A stretch of 64,000 bases of DNA from Methanobacteriota archaeon (GTDB lineage Archaea; Thermoplasmatota; Thermoplasmata; SG8-5; JAGLSY01). Both the position numbers and the translations under genes were made by a program. A model generated the notes under the pieces. It made no database searches, had not been told where the DNA came from, and saw only the letters and a program-made list of their open reading frames with translations. The stretch spans positions 64,001-128,000 of the forward strand of contig JAEHCQ010000001.1 of NCBI GenBank assembly GCA_020696385.1. Reading direction: 5' to 3'. Shown one piece after another: positions 9,243 to 16,653 of this stretch (position 1 is its first letter; the number at the start of each line of letters is the position of its first letter).

Positions 9243-9363
9243 AATGCGGCGTTTCAATCGCCGCATTATTGAATCATCCCTAAGCTTAGGTTGGATTCAA
9301 TAAGGGCTCAGGAAATGCAGAAATATCTGCATTTACTCCCGCCCTTTAGGGTTAGGGAGCCCT
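9243..9363. repeat. Cluster of hairpins downstream of tmk, including an IS605-end-like motif
   Basis: AATGCGGCG/CGCCGCATT; TTATTGAATC/GATTCAATAA; AAATGCAG/CTGCATTT; AGGGCTC/GAGCCCT enclosing CTCCCGCCCTTTAGGGTTAGGGAG. Confidence 0.55.
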
Positions 9364-9401
9364 CACTTTACTGGTTTTCTTACGGATACGGCAGTATTTT
9401 A

Positions 9402-10025
9402 CTAGTGCTGATGTTTAAAACTTTCCTCAAGGATAGCGAGGATATCAGCCAGCACCTCCTCAGCCGGCTGTTTTGCATCAATAATCTTTATACGGCTCTC
9501 AGTCTCCGCGATCCTAAGATAATTCGCCCTCACTTTTTCGAGATAATTATGCTTCTCGAACTTGGAAAGCTCCTCCCTGACCTTCAGTCGCTCCAGGGAT
9601 GTTTCCGAGTCAATGTCGAGAAGGAATGTGATGTCTGGCTCGCGAATGACTGTTGCATTCATCCGCGTTATCCAATCCACCGAGTCAATGCCCTGCTTGG
9701 CCAGTGGTTCCTCAAGGGATGCGCCCTGATAAGCGGTGCTGGAATCGCAATATCGGTCAGAGATCACTATCTGGCCGTCTGCCAGCTTCTTTTTTATTTC
9801 TTCAGTGTGCGTCGCCCTGTCTGCCAGGAAAAGAAAGACCTCTGTGAAGGGGCTTATCTCTTCGGTGTAGCTACGGCGGACTGCCTGGCCGAGCCAACTT
9901 TCGGAGGGTTCCAGGGTGTGGTGTACCTTGTGTCCTTTGTCTCCCAGGACACGAGCCAGTTCCTTGGATGCTGTACTTTTCCCACAGCCGTCAATGCCTT
10001 CCAGGGTGATGAATATGCCTGTCAT
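9402..10025 (-). CDS. tmk: Thymidylate kinase
   Basis: MTGIFITLEGIDGCGKST P-loop, LFLADRATH, VISDRYCDSSTAYQG. Start reassigned to ATG 10025 because the longer ORF overlaps psd. Confidence 0.95.
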   Translation of the reverse strand: MTGIFITLEGIDGCGKSTASKELARVLGDKGHKVHHTLEPSESWLGQAVRRSYTEEISPFTEVFLFLADRATHTEEIKKKLADGQIVISDRYCDSSTAYQGASLEEPLAKQGIDSVDWITRMNATVIREPDITFLLDIDSETSLERLKVREELSKFEKHNYLEKVRANYLRIAETESRIKIIDAKQPAEEVLADILAILEESFKHQH

Positions 10026-10111
10026 CGGAACAAGGAAGGCTTTGTGGTCAAAATAGTTTTTGTTTTCATATTTACCCAAACTACTTATCATAGAACAAAA
10101 ATCCTGAACAC

Positions 10112-10738
10112 GTGTTCGCAAAGAAATGTAGCCACATCATCGCCCTGCCATTCGTACTGGCAGGCCTTATCTACTTCGTGATAGGGATAGTGTGCTGGCT
10201 AGTACCTTGGCTTCTTCTATTCGGCATCATCATGCTGATATTCTTCCGAGACCCAGAGCGGAAGATCGGGGATGGAATTGTTGCTGCGGCCGATGGCGTC
10301 ATCAGGGAGATAACTGATGACGACCAGTTCCTTAATATATCGACATTCATGAACGTGCACAATGTTCATGTCAACCGCGCTCCCATAAGCGGCAAGGTCA
10401 CTGCGATCGAGCGCGTGAAGGGAAGTTTCTCTCCGGCTTTCATGGGAAATGCTGGCGAGAATTCTCGTGTGATGATCGACCTGGATACCGATATCGGCCC
10501 GGTTCGTATCATACAAATTGCAGGAATATTCGCCTACAGGATCATGCCCTATATCTCGGTTGGCCAGCAGGTGGAGAAAGGTGATAAGATCGGGATCATC
10601 AGATTCGGATCCCGAGTGGATGTCATATTCCCTTCCAGAACCGTGAACCACACTGTCGAGATAGGGCGTAAGATGAAGGCTGGAATGACAACACTGGCAT
10701 ATCCGATCACTAACTTTCGCGAGGAGGAAAGCCAATGA
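10112..10738 (+). CDS. psd: Phosphatidylserine/archaetidylserine decarboxylase proenzyme
   Basis: FFRDPER, AAADG, FMNVHNVHVNRAP and the FGSRVD self-cleavage motif. Confidence 0.93.
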   Translation: MFAKKCSHIIALPFVLAGLIYFVIGIVCWLVPWLLLFGIIMLIFFRDPERKIGDGIVAAADGVIREITDDDQFLNISTFMNVHNVHVNRAPISGKVTAIERVKGSFSPAFMGNAGENSRVMIDLDTDIGPVRIIQIAGIFAYRIMPYISVGQQVEKGDKIGIIRFGSRVDVIFPSRTVNHTVEIGRKMKAGMTTLAYPITNFREEESQ

Positions 10739-11511
10739 GATGGATGAGCCGCATTTCCGCAGCTGATATCGTCACCCTCCTCAATGGATTGTCAGGATTG
10801 TTGGCTATCACATATATTCTTGATGGGGAGATGATGATCGCCTCCTGCTTGATCATACTGGCTATCGTGTTCGATGGTGTCGATGGAGCTGTTGCCAGGA
10901 AGTTCGGCACTTCCCATGATTTCGGTCGTTTTCTGGATTCAATATCTGATTCTATTTCCTTCTGTTTCGCGCCCGCCTTACTGGTGTATGGCAATCTTTA
11001 TGACAAAGATCTCGGCAGTGCGTGGACGAATATGCCGAATGCACTGGCTGTTATTGCCACTATGTTCTTAGGTTCCTTCGGAATACTCAGGCTGGCCAGA
11101 TTTTCCAGCAAGGACTTCAAGCAGGGACATTTCCTTGGATTTCCAACCCCAGCTGCTGCGCTTGGTATCGTGATGTTCTGCAGCATCTTCGGAAATCCGG
11201 AGCTCAATCCCTTATCCAGTGGCTTCGAGCCCACCTTCATTTTCATATTCGCGATGGTACTGGCCTTCCTCATGGTGAGTGACATACCTTACCCGAAGAT
11301 GAACAGAATATTCTTCGTATTAGCGGGTATGACCGGACTACTCATCTCACTTCCATTCTTGATGTATCTTATGGACATCGACATCTTCTCCGAGGCCACA
11401 CTCGGTAATATTGAACTGCTGGCAGTAATCCCATTCTCCGGATATCTTATCGGAGGGCCATTCATATCTAGCTGGATGCGATGGAAGAGGAAGAAAAATA
11501 GAGCTGTTTGA
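10735..11511 (+). CDS. pssA: CDP-alcohol phosphatidyltransferase, archaetidylserine/phosphatidylserine synthase
   Basis: DGVDGAVARK...FGRFLDSISD..SF..AP motif, LRLARF, F.GFPTP; ATGA overlap with psd. Confidence 0.92.
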   Translation: MRWMSRISAADIVTLLNGLSGLLAITYILDGEMMIASCLIILAIVFDGVDGAVARKFGTSHDFGRFLDSISDSISFCFAPALLVYGNLYDKDLGSAWTNMPNALAVIATMFLGSFGILRLARFSSKDFKQGHFLGFPTPAAALGIVMFCSIFGNPELNPLSSGFEPTFIFIFAMVLAFLMVSDIPYPKMNRIFFVLAGMTGLLISLPFLMYLMDIDIFSEATLGNIELLAVIPFSGYLIGGPFISSWMRWKRKKNRAV

Positions 11512-11608
11512 TCCTATTTTATCAATATTAGATAATTTACAAACTGGTCAGTAATTTCCAGTTCTATTATATACTCAAATCTGTATTTTCATGATATCGA
11601 AGGTGAGA

Positions 11609-12565
11609 ATGTTGAATAATAACAATAACAATGAGATCGCGATAGAGGTCAAAGGCGTGGCCAAGACCTATGATAAGAAGGTGGAAGCACTCAAAGGTGT
11701 GGACTTCACGATCAATAAAGGCGAGGTCTTCACACTCCTTGGACCAAATGGTGCTGGCAAGACCACTTTTATCAGGATACTATGCACCCAGCTCATGCCA
11801 TCAAGAGGAGATATCCTGATACTTGGTGATAGTGTGGTAGATGACCCAAATGCAGTTAGAGAGAATATCGCCATGGTTCCACAGGATGCCATGGCTTACT
11901 CGAATTTCACACCCTGGGACTATGCATACGCCTTCTGCCTGCTCAGGGGCATGGACAAGATAACTGCCAAGAAAAAGGCGGAAGAATCCCTGAGGGCGGT
12001 TCTCATGTGGGATATGAAAGACAAGCCTTGCCAGGAGATGTCTGGTGGTGAGAAGAAGAGAGCTCTCATAGCGGCAACTATTGCCAGTGATGCTCCGGTC
12101 CTAGTATTGGATGAACCAACTTCCGGCTTGGATGCAATAGGCAGACGAAATGTCTGGTCTGCTTTGAGAGATCGGGCCGCGCAAGGTAAGACCATTATCC
12201 TATGCACTCACATGATGGATGAGGCCGAGATGGTATCGGACAGACTGGCTATCATCAAAGGAGGAGAACTTGTGACCATTGGCAGCACCCATGAGATCAA
12301 GCAGTCAGTTCCATTCAAATACCGCGTCATAGCCCCGGAGGAGGCCATTGACAAGACCAAGTACAAGGAGGTCACCAAGATAGGTGACAGGGCGGTCGTC
12401 TACCTGACCAGCGACACGGAGGCCATCCAGATGGTCTCAGACATGTTGAAGAAAGGCGTGAACGCAGAAGCTTCACCAGTCACTCTGGAGGACGCCTTCG
12501 TAAGATTAGCCGGAGGCGATATCTACGAGCTTAGTGAAGAAGAGAAGAAAAAGGAGGTGAAATGA
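11609..12565 (+). CDS. ABC transporter ATP-binding protein (ABC-2/DrrA-like)
   Basis: Walker A GPNGAGKTT, signature MSGGEKKR, Walker B LVLDEPTSGLD, H-loop THMMDEAE. GGTGA SD precedes ATG 11609; alternative start 11591. Confidence 0.92.
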   Translation: MLNNNNNNEIAIEVKGVAKTYDKKVEALKGVDFTINKGEVFTLLGPNGAGKTTFIRILCTQLMPSRGDILILGDSVVDDPNAVRENIAMVPQDAMAYSNFTPWDYAYAFCLLRGMDKITAKKKAEESLRAVLMWDMKDKPCQEMSGGEKKRALIAATIASDAPVLVLDEPTSGLDAIGRRNVWSALRDRAAQGKTIILCTHMMDEAEMVSDRLAIIKGGELVTIGSTHEIKQSVPFKYRVIAPEEAIDKTKYKEVTKIGDRAVVYLTSDTEAIQMVSDMLKKGVNAEASPVTLEDAFVRLAGGDIYELSEEEKKKEVK

Positions 12566-13329
12566 TGGACTTTAAGAAGATGATCAGAGACACCATAACG
12601 ATCACCTGGCTCAAATCAGTTCCTGACCTGAAGCGCCAACCTGGCATGCTGGTCATATTGATCGGATTCGCAGCCATTCCTCTGTTCTTCATCACCCTAT
12701 TCGGAGGAGAGGGCATGATGGATGTTGGATTGATAGGTGTCATAGTATCCAGCGTTGGCTTTATCGGGATATCGGCATCCATCCAGGATCTGACTTGGGA
12801 TCGCTATGTCAAGCTCAAGGAGATGGTTGTGGCTATGCCAGTTCATCCAGTTGCCTATGCAATGGGTCTGACCCTGGCAGCCCTGGTCTTTACCATTCCA
12901 GGTGCAGTGGCCTTCACTGCTTTTGGTCTTTACCGAGGTCTTTTCGATCTGCCATCCATAATCATGATGATCGGCTCCCTCATCCTTTGCTGGGGCGGGC
13001 TATCTGTCATGGGATTCACCGTGGCCACTTACCTTCACAAATCCAGCCCCAATTCATTAGGTGTGCTGGCCAACCTTCTGAGCATGGGTTTCGTGTTCCT
13101 GCCACCAGTATATTATTCGGAAGAGATGCTGGTGAACATCGGAGGCTTTGACCTATCCTGGGTCGTCTACCTATTACCTACTACCAATTCCGCGGCCATA
13201 ATCAGATACGCCACTGGCTTGACAGAATGGAATGCCAGTGCTTTCATGCTTCACTGGATCGCTTTGGTCATCATACTGATCTTGTTCAGCGTACTGGTCA
13301 TAACAAAGGCCAGGTGGAGAGAGCCATAA
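12562..13329 (+). CDS. ABC-2 type transporter permease
   Basis: About six hydrophobic segments, a PPVYY...LLPTT motif, SD GGAGGTG and ATGA overlap with the ATPase. Confidence 0.88.
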   Translation: MMDFKKMIRDTITITWLKSVPDLKRQPGMLVILIGFAAIPLFFITLFGGEGMMDVGLIGVIVSSVGFIGISASIQDLTWDRYVKLKEMVVAMPVHPVAYAMGLTLAALVFTIPGAVAFTAFGLYRGLFDLPSIIMMIGSLILCWGGLSVMGFTVATYLHKSSPNSLGVLANLLSMGFVFLPPVYYSEEMLVNIGGFDLSWVVYLLPTTNSAAIIRYATGLTEWNASAFMLHWIALVIILILFSVLVITKARWREP

Positions 13330-13392
13330 TTTCGCACAAGTTATGGCTTGATCATCATCCAATAAAAATATCAGAAACAATTATTAGCCAAC

Positions 13393-13743
13393 ATGCTGAT
13401 TCATATTCCGGGTAATACGATGGTAAAACCACCGGAATATGAAGCAATGGACGAGGCAAGGGTGTTTGAAGTACCCAGAGCGTTCCAGCAGGTATTTGGA
13501 AAAGATAGTGGATTCGAGCTTGAGAAAGAGGAGCCACGAAGAGATCCAAATCCGCCAGCTGGCCCCAGGGAATTCTCAACATATCATGTGATGAAGGGGA
13601 ATGAAAGGATAGCGACCATCCATTACAATGGGCATATATCCTGCCTTGACCCCGATATCCAGGACAAGATGGATCAGATATCCGAGATACTGGAGAAGCA
13701 TGCGAATGAGGCCTATCGCAGAGTGAAAAGTGGTGGGTATTAG
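13393..13743 (+). CDS. Hypothetical soluble protein
   Basis: 116-codon ORF with protein-like composition filling the intergenic gap. No family recognised; start uncertain. Confidence 0.55.
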   Translation: MLIHIPGNTMVKPPEYEAMDEARVFEVPRAFQQVFGKDSGFELEKEEPRRDPNPPAGPREFSTYHVMKGNERIATIHYNGHISCLDPDIQDKMDQISEILEKHANEAYRRVKSGGY

Positions 13744-13807
13744 TCACCACATATTTTTCAAAAACAGGATATTATCCTGCCAAGATGTTTAGGGGGTTTA
13801 GAGAGGA

Positions 13808-14083
13808 TGATACCCCCGCCCATCGCTCTTAGTTCGAATCGCTTTGCGTCTCGAACTAATTATTTGCGAAATTTACGCAAATAAGGACTCCTGACGGGGT
13901 TCCGAATCAGAAGCACTCTAGACTGTCACTCGCTAACACATCGAATATAGTACCCCGCCCCTGCGTCACTCGGGACGGGGCATGCTTGCATAGATTAAGC
14001 CTGTGAACCTTACTGCTTCATCAACAGATCCATTACTGCCATTTCCGGCCGGAAGCCTTTTCTTTTGCGCTCGCTGTGCTGGC
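13808..14083. mobile_element. Non-coding cassette copy B, same architecture as 8757-9028
   Basis: TACCCCCGCCC...GACGGGGTTC; core AAGCACTCTAGACTGTCACTCG (13911-13932); TACCCCGCCC...GACGGGGCATG (13951-13984); copy of the argF 3' end (14010-14047); AAGCCTTTTCTTTTGCGCTCGCTGTGCTGGC (14053-14083). Confidence 0.6.
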
Positions 14084-14125
14084 TTGTTGTTTACTTCATC
14101 AACAGATCCATGACCGCCATCTCCG
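14010..14125. repeat. Imperfect direct repeat of the last ~11 codons of argF (14010-14047 vs 14091-14125)
   Basis: Copy reads GAA ATG GCA GTA ATG GAT CTG TTG ATG AAG CAG TAA; gene reads GAG ATG GCG GTC ATG GAT CTG TTG ATG AAG TAA. Confidence 0.92.
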
Positions 14126-15008
14126 CCCACATACGATTTTCTGCTTCGTCGAAAACCCTGGAATTTGGAGAATCGATTATCTCGTCAGTGACTTCCTCAT
14201 TCCTGTGCGCTGGCAGGCAGTGCAGGAATACATAATCAGATTTGGCCAGTGCTACAAGTTCCGCATTCACCTGGAAGGGTGGGAACACCTTGTTCCTCTG
14301 CTCCTTCTCGGCCTCGTCACCCATGGACACCCATGTGTCCGTGTAGATGACATCCGCGTCCTTTACCGCGTATATTGGGTCTGACGAATGCTCAATCGTG
14401 CATCCGCGCTCTGCCCCCAGAGCTTTTGCCTTGGCCAGTACTTCCTGATTTGGCTCATATCCTGCAGGACAGGCAGCCACCATGTGCATACCCACTGCCG
14501 CGCTTCCCAGTAAAAGTGAATTACAGACATTGTTCCCATCACCCAGATACACCATCTTCAAACCCTTCAAGCTTCCTTTCTGCTCCTTGATGGTTTGGAA
14601 GTCAGCGAGTATCTGGCATGGGTGCTCGAGATCATCTAATCCATTGATAACTGGTACATCCGCGTGCTCGGCCAGTTGCTGCATGATCCTGTAATCGAAG
14701 GCGCGGTACATTATTCCGTCAACATACCTGGAAATAACTTTCGCCACATCGTACACGCTCTCTCTCTTTCCGACCTGGATCTCATTTGGTGATAGGTAAA
14801 GGCCAGTTCCACCAAGATGGTGCATTCCGATCTCGAAGGATACACGTGTTCTCAAGCTGGGCTTCTCGAAGATCATGCCAAGAACCTTCTCTTTCAATGG
14901 TTTCTCGCCATTGCCAGCCTTCTGCTTTGCCTTCAGTTCAATTGCCCTATCCAGCAAAATATCGATCTCATCTTTGACGTCCAGTATGGAAATTAAATCA
15001 CGCTTCAT
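14091..15008 (-). CDS. argF: Ornithine carbamoyltransferase
   Basis: FEKPSLRTRVSF, HPCQILAD, GDGNNV, YTDTWVSMG, HCLPAHR, EAENR. Confidence 0.97.
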   Translation of the reverse strand: MKRDLISILDVKDEIDILLDRAIELKAKQKAGNGEKPLKEKVLGMIFEKPSLRTRVSFEIGMHHLGGTGLYLSPNEIQVGKRESVYDVAKVISRYVDGIMYRAFDYRIMQQLAEHADVPVINGLDDLEHPCQILADFQTIKEQKGSLKGLKMVYLGDGNNVCNSLLLGSAAVGMHMVAACPAGYEPNQEVLAKAKALGAERGCTIEHSSDPIYAVKDADVIYTDTWVSMGDEAEKEQRNKVFPPFQVNAELVALAKSDYVFLHCLPAHRNEEVTDEIIDSPNSRVFDEAENRMWAEMAVMDLLMK

Positions 15009-15081
15009 TCACTCACCTTCTGCGATGTATAGCAGGGCTATAGAAAAGCCTTTTTATTTATTCAATATAGAATAATAAAGA

Positions 15082-16491
15082 TCACTTACTATCAGATGCT
15101 GTTTCCCCAGTCCAGCAATACAGGCATAAATTTTCCCTGGGCAGACCGATTGCCTCTATCATATCATCCACGATTTGGAACCTCAAGGTTGTCACATCAA
15201 TATCTTTTCTGATCCACTCCAACATCTTTTGATATTTTTCCGTGGTGTGATCAACATATTCTGATACATCCTCAATATCGTTCCCCTCCAGATCGAATAT
15301 CGCCTTCCTGGCCGATAGTTCATGAATACTTCTTGTGGAAAGATTGAATTTGCACGGGAACAACAAAGGCGGACAGGCAGGTCGGACATGGATCTCCTTG
15401 GCCCCTCTGTCCCATAATTTCTTCACAGTGAAGTTCTTTAGCTGGGTTCCCCTGACAATGGAATCCTCACAGACGAGTATGCTATTGCCCTTTATGATCT
15501 CTTTTATTGGCACGAGCTTCATCTTGGCAATTAAATCCCTGGTTGTCTGAGCTGGAGGGGTATAGCTCCTGCCATAGCCTGGCGTGTATTTGACCAAGGG
15601 CCTTCGATAGGGCTTACCGGATTCATTTGCATATCCAATAGCATGGGCGATACCAGAATCTGGAATTCCAGCGACAAGGTCAATATCGATGTCCTTGTCC
15701 CGCCTTGCTAAGGCTGCACCACATTTTTCCCTGACGATCTCGGCATTGATCAATTCATAATTCGAGGCTGGAAATCCTGTGTATATCCATAAGAATGTGC
15801 ATGTCTGAGCCTGATTTTTTCCTTCCTTCTGGACATGGATGCCACCCTCATTGATCATGGTGATCTCACCAGGATCCAGATGCTTGACGACAGTGAACTC
15901 GATATTTGAAAAGGCTGCGGTCTCCGATGTCACCGCCCACTCATCATCCTTCTGACCTATGATAAGAGGCCAGTGTCCATTCTTACCCCTGGCGCAATAA
16001 ATGCCATCCTTGTGAAGTAGCAAAAGGGAGCATGATCCTTCAATGGCTTCGAACATCCTTTCCATGCCGTCGATAAGGTCTTCTCCCTGAGTTATCATCT
16101 TGGCCACAAGTTCTGTTGGATTAGTTGTATGAGTTCCCATCTCACTGAAGCATATGCCCTTCTTCATAAGCATATTTGAGAGCTCTTCGACATTCTCTAT
16201 GAGGCCATTGGTCACGATGCAGAAAGGACCGAATTTGGAATTGATGTAAATTGGTTGCTCCTCAAAGGCACTGATAACACCAATGCCCTTATTGCCCTTC
16301 ATCTCCGTCAAACTATCAAAGAACTTGGATTTGAATTGGCTCTGGCTTATGTCCCGGATCTGACGATTTATCTCATCTCCATATACAGCCATCCCACCAT
16401 ATTGGGTTCCAAGATGGGTGTGATAGTCCGTTCCATACAATAACATCTCTGCACAATCGTCTTTAGAAACAATTCCAAAAATTCCGCTCAA
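15082..16491 (-). CDS. Amidophosphoribosyltransferase-like paralog with N-terminal Ser in place of the catalytic Cys
   Basis: TTG start with GGAGG SD; MSGIFG; PRPP loop VCEDSIVRGTQ; PDSG; likely Fe-S cysteines (CTF, CPP..FPC, CLYC). Confidence 0.88.
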   Translation of the reverse strand: MSGIFGIVSKDDCAEMLLYGTDYHTHLGTQYGGMAVYGDEINRQIRDISQSQFKSKFFDSLTEMKGNKGIGVISAFEEQPIYINSKFGPFCIVTNGLIENVEELSNMLMKKGICFSEMGTHTTNPTELVAKMITQGEDLIDGMERMFEAIEGSCSLLLLHKDGIYCARGKNGHWPLIIGQKDDEWAVTSETAAFSNIEFTVVKHLDPGEITMINEGGIHVQKEGKNQAQTCTFLWIYTGFPASNYELINAEIVREKCGAALARRDKDIDIDLVAGIPDSGIAHAIGYANESGKPYRRPLVKYTPGYGRSYTPPAQTTRDLIAKMKLVPIKEIIKGNSILVCEDSIVRGTQLKNFTVKKLWDRGAKEIHVRPACPPLLFPCKFNLSTRSIHELSARKAIFDLEGNDIEDVSEYVDHTTEKYQKMLEWIRKDIDVTTLRFQIVDDMIEAIGLPRENLCLYCWTGETASDSK

Positions 16492-16588
16492 TAAGAAGCC
16501 TCCACTGACCCTTAATAAGCAGATTGATATTTAGTATTATTGAATATGATCAAAACCAGATCAGAGTATTCTTTTCTCACTATCAATC

Positions 16589-16653
16589 TCAATCAAACAT
16601 ATCAAGGATATGATTGTATATTTCTACTATCAGTCAAACATATCAAGTGTATG
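16589..16653. repeat. Short imperfect duplication of the purF 3' end (16589-16612 vs 16630-16653)
   Basis: TCAATCAAACATATCAAGGATATG vs TCAGTCAAACATATCAAGTGTATG, 21/24 identical, 41 nt apart. Confidence 0.7.

Noticed and set aside
8757-9363. RNase P, SRP RNA or tRNA/rRNA genes in the GC-rich intergenic regions
   Set aside because: I could not find the diagnostic motifs (GAGGAAAGUCC, SRP helix 8, tRNA cloverleaf) by eye; an Infernal/Rfam scan would be decisive.
9291-10181. 296-aa plus-strand ORF
   Set aside because: Antisense to tmk.
14010-14125. DGR template/variable repeat pair (mismatches at A in the copy)
   Set aside because: Only ~35 bp and three synonymous differences, no reverse transcriptase in the window, and argF is an implausible target.
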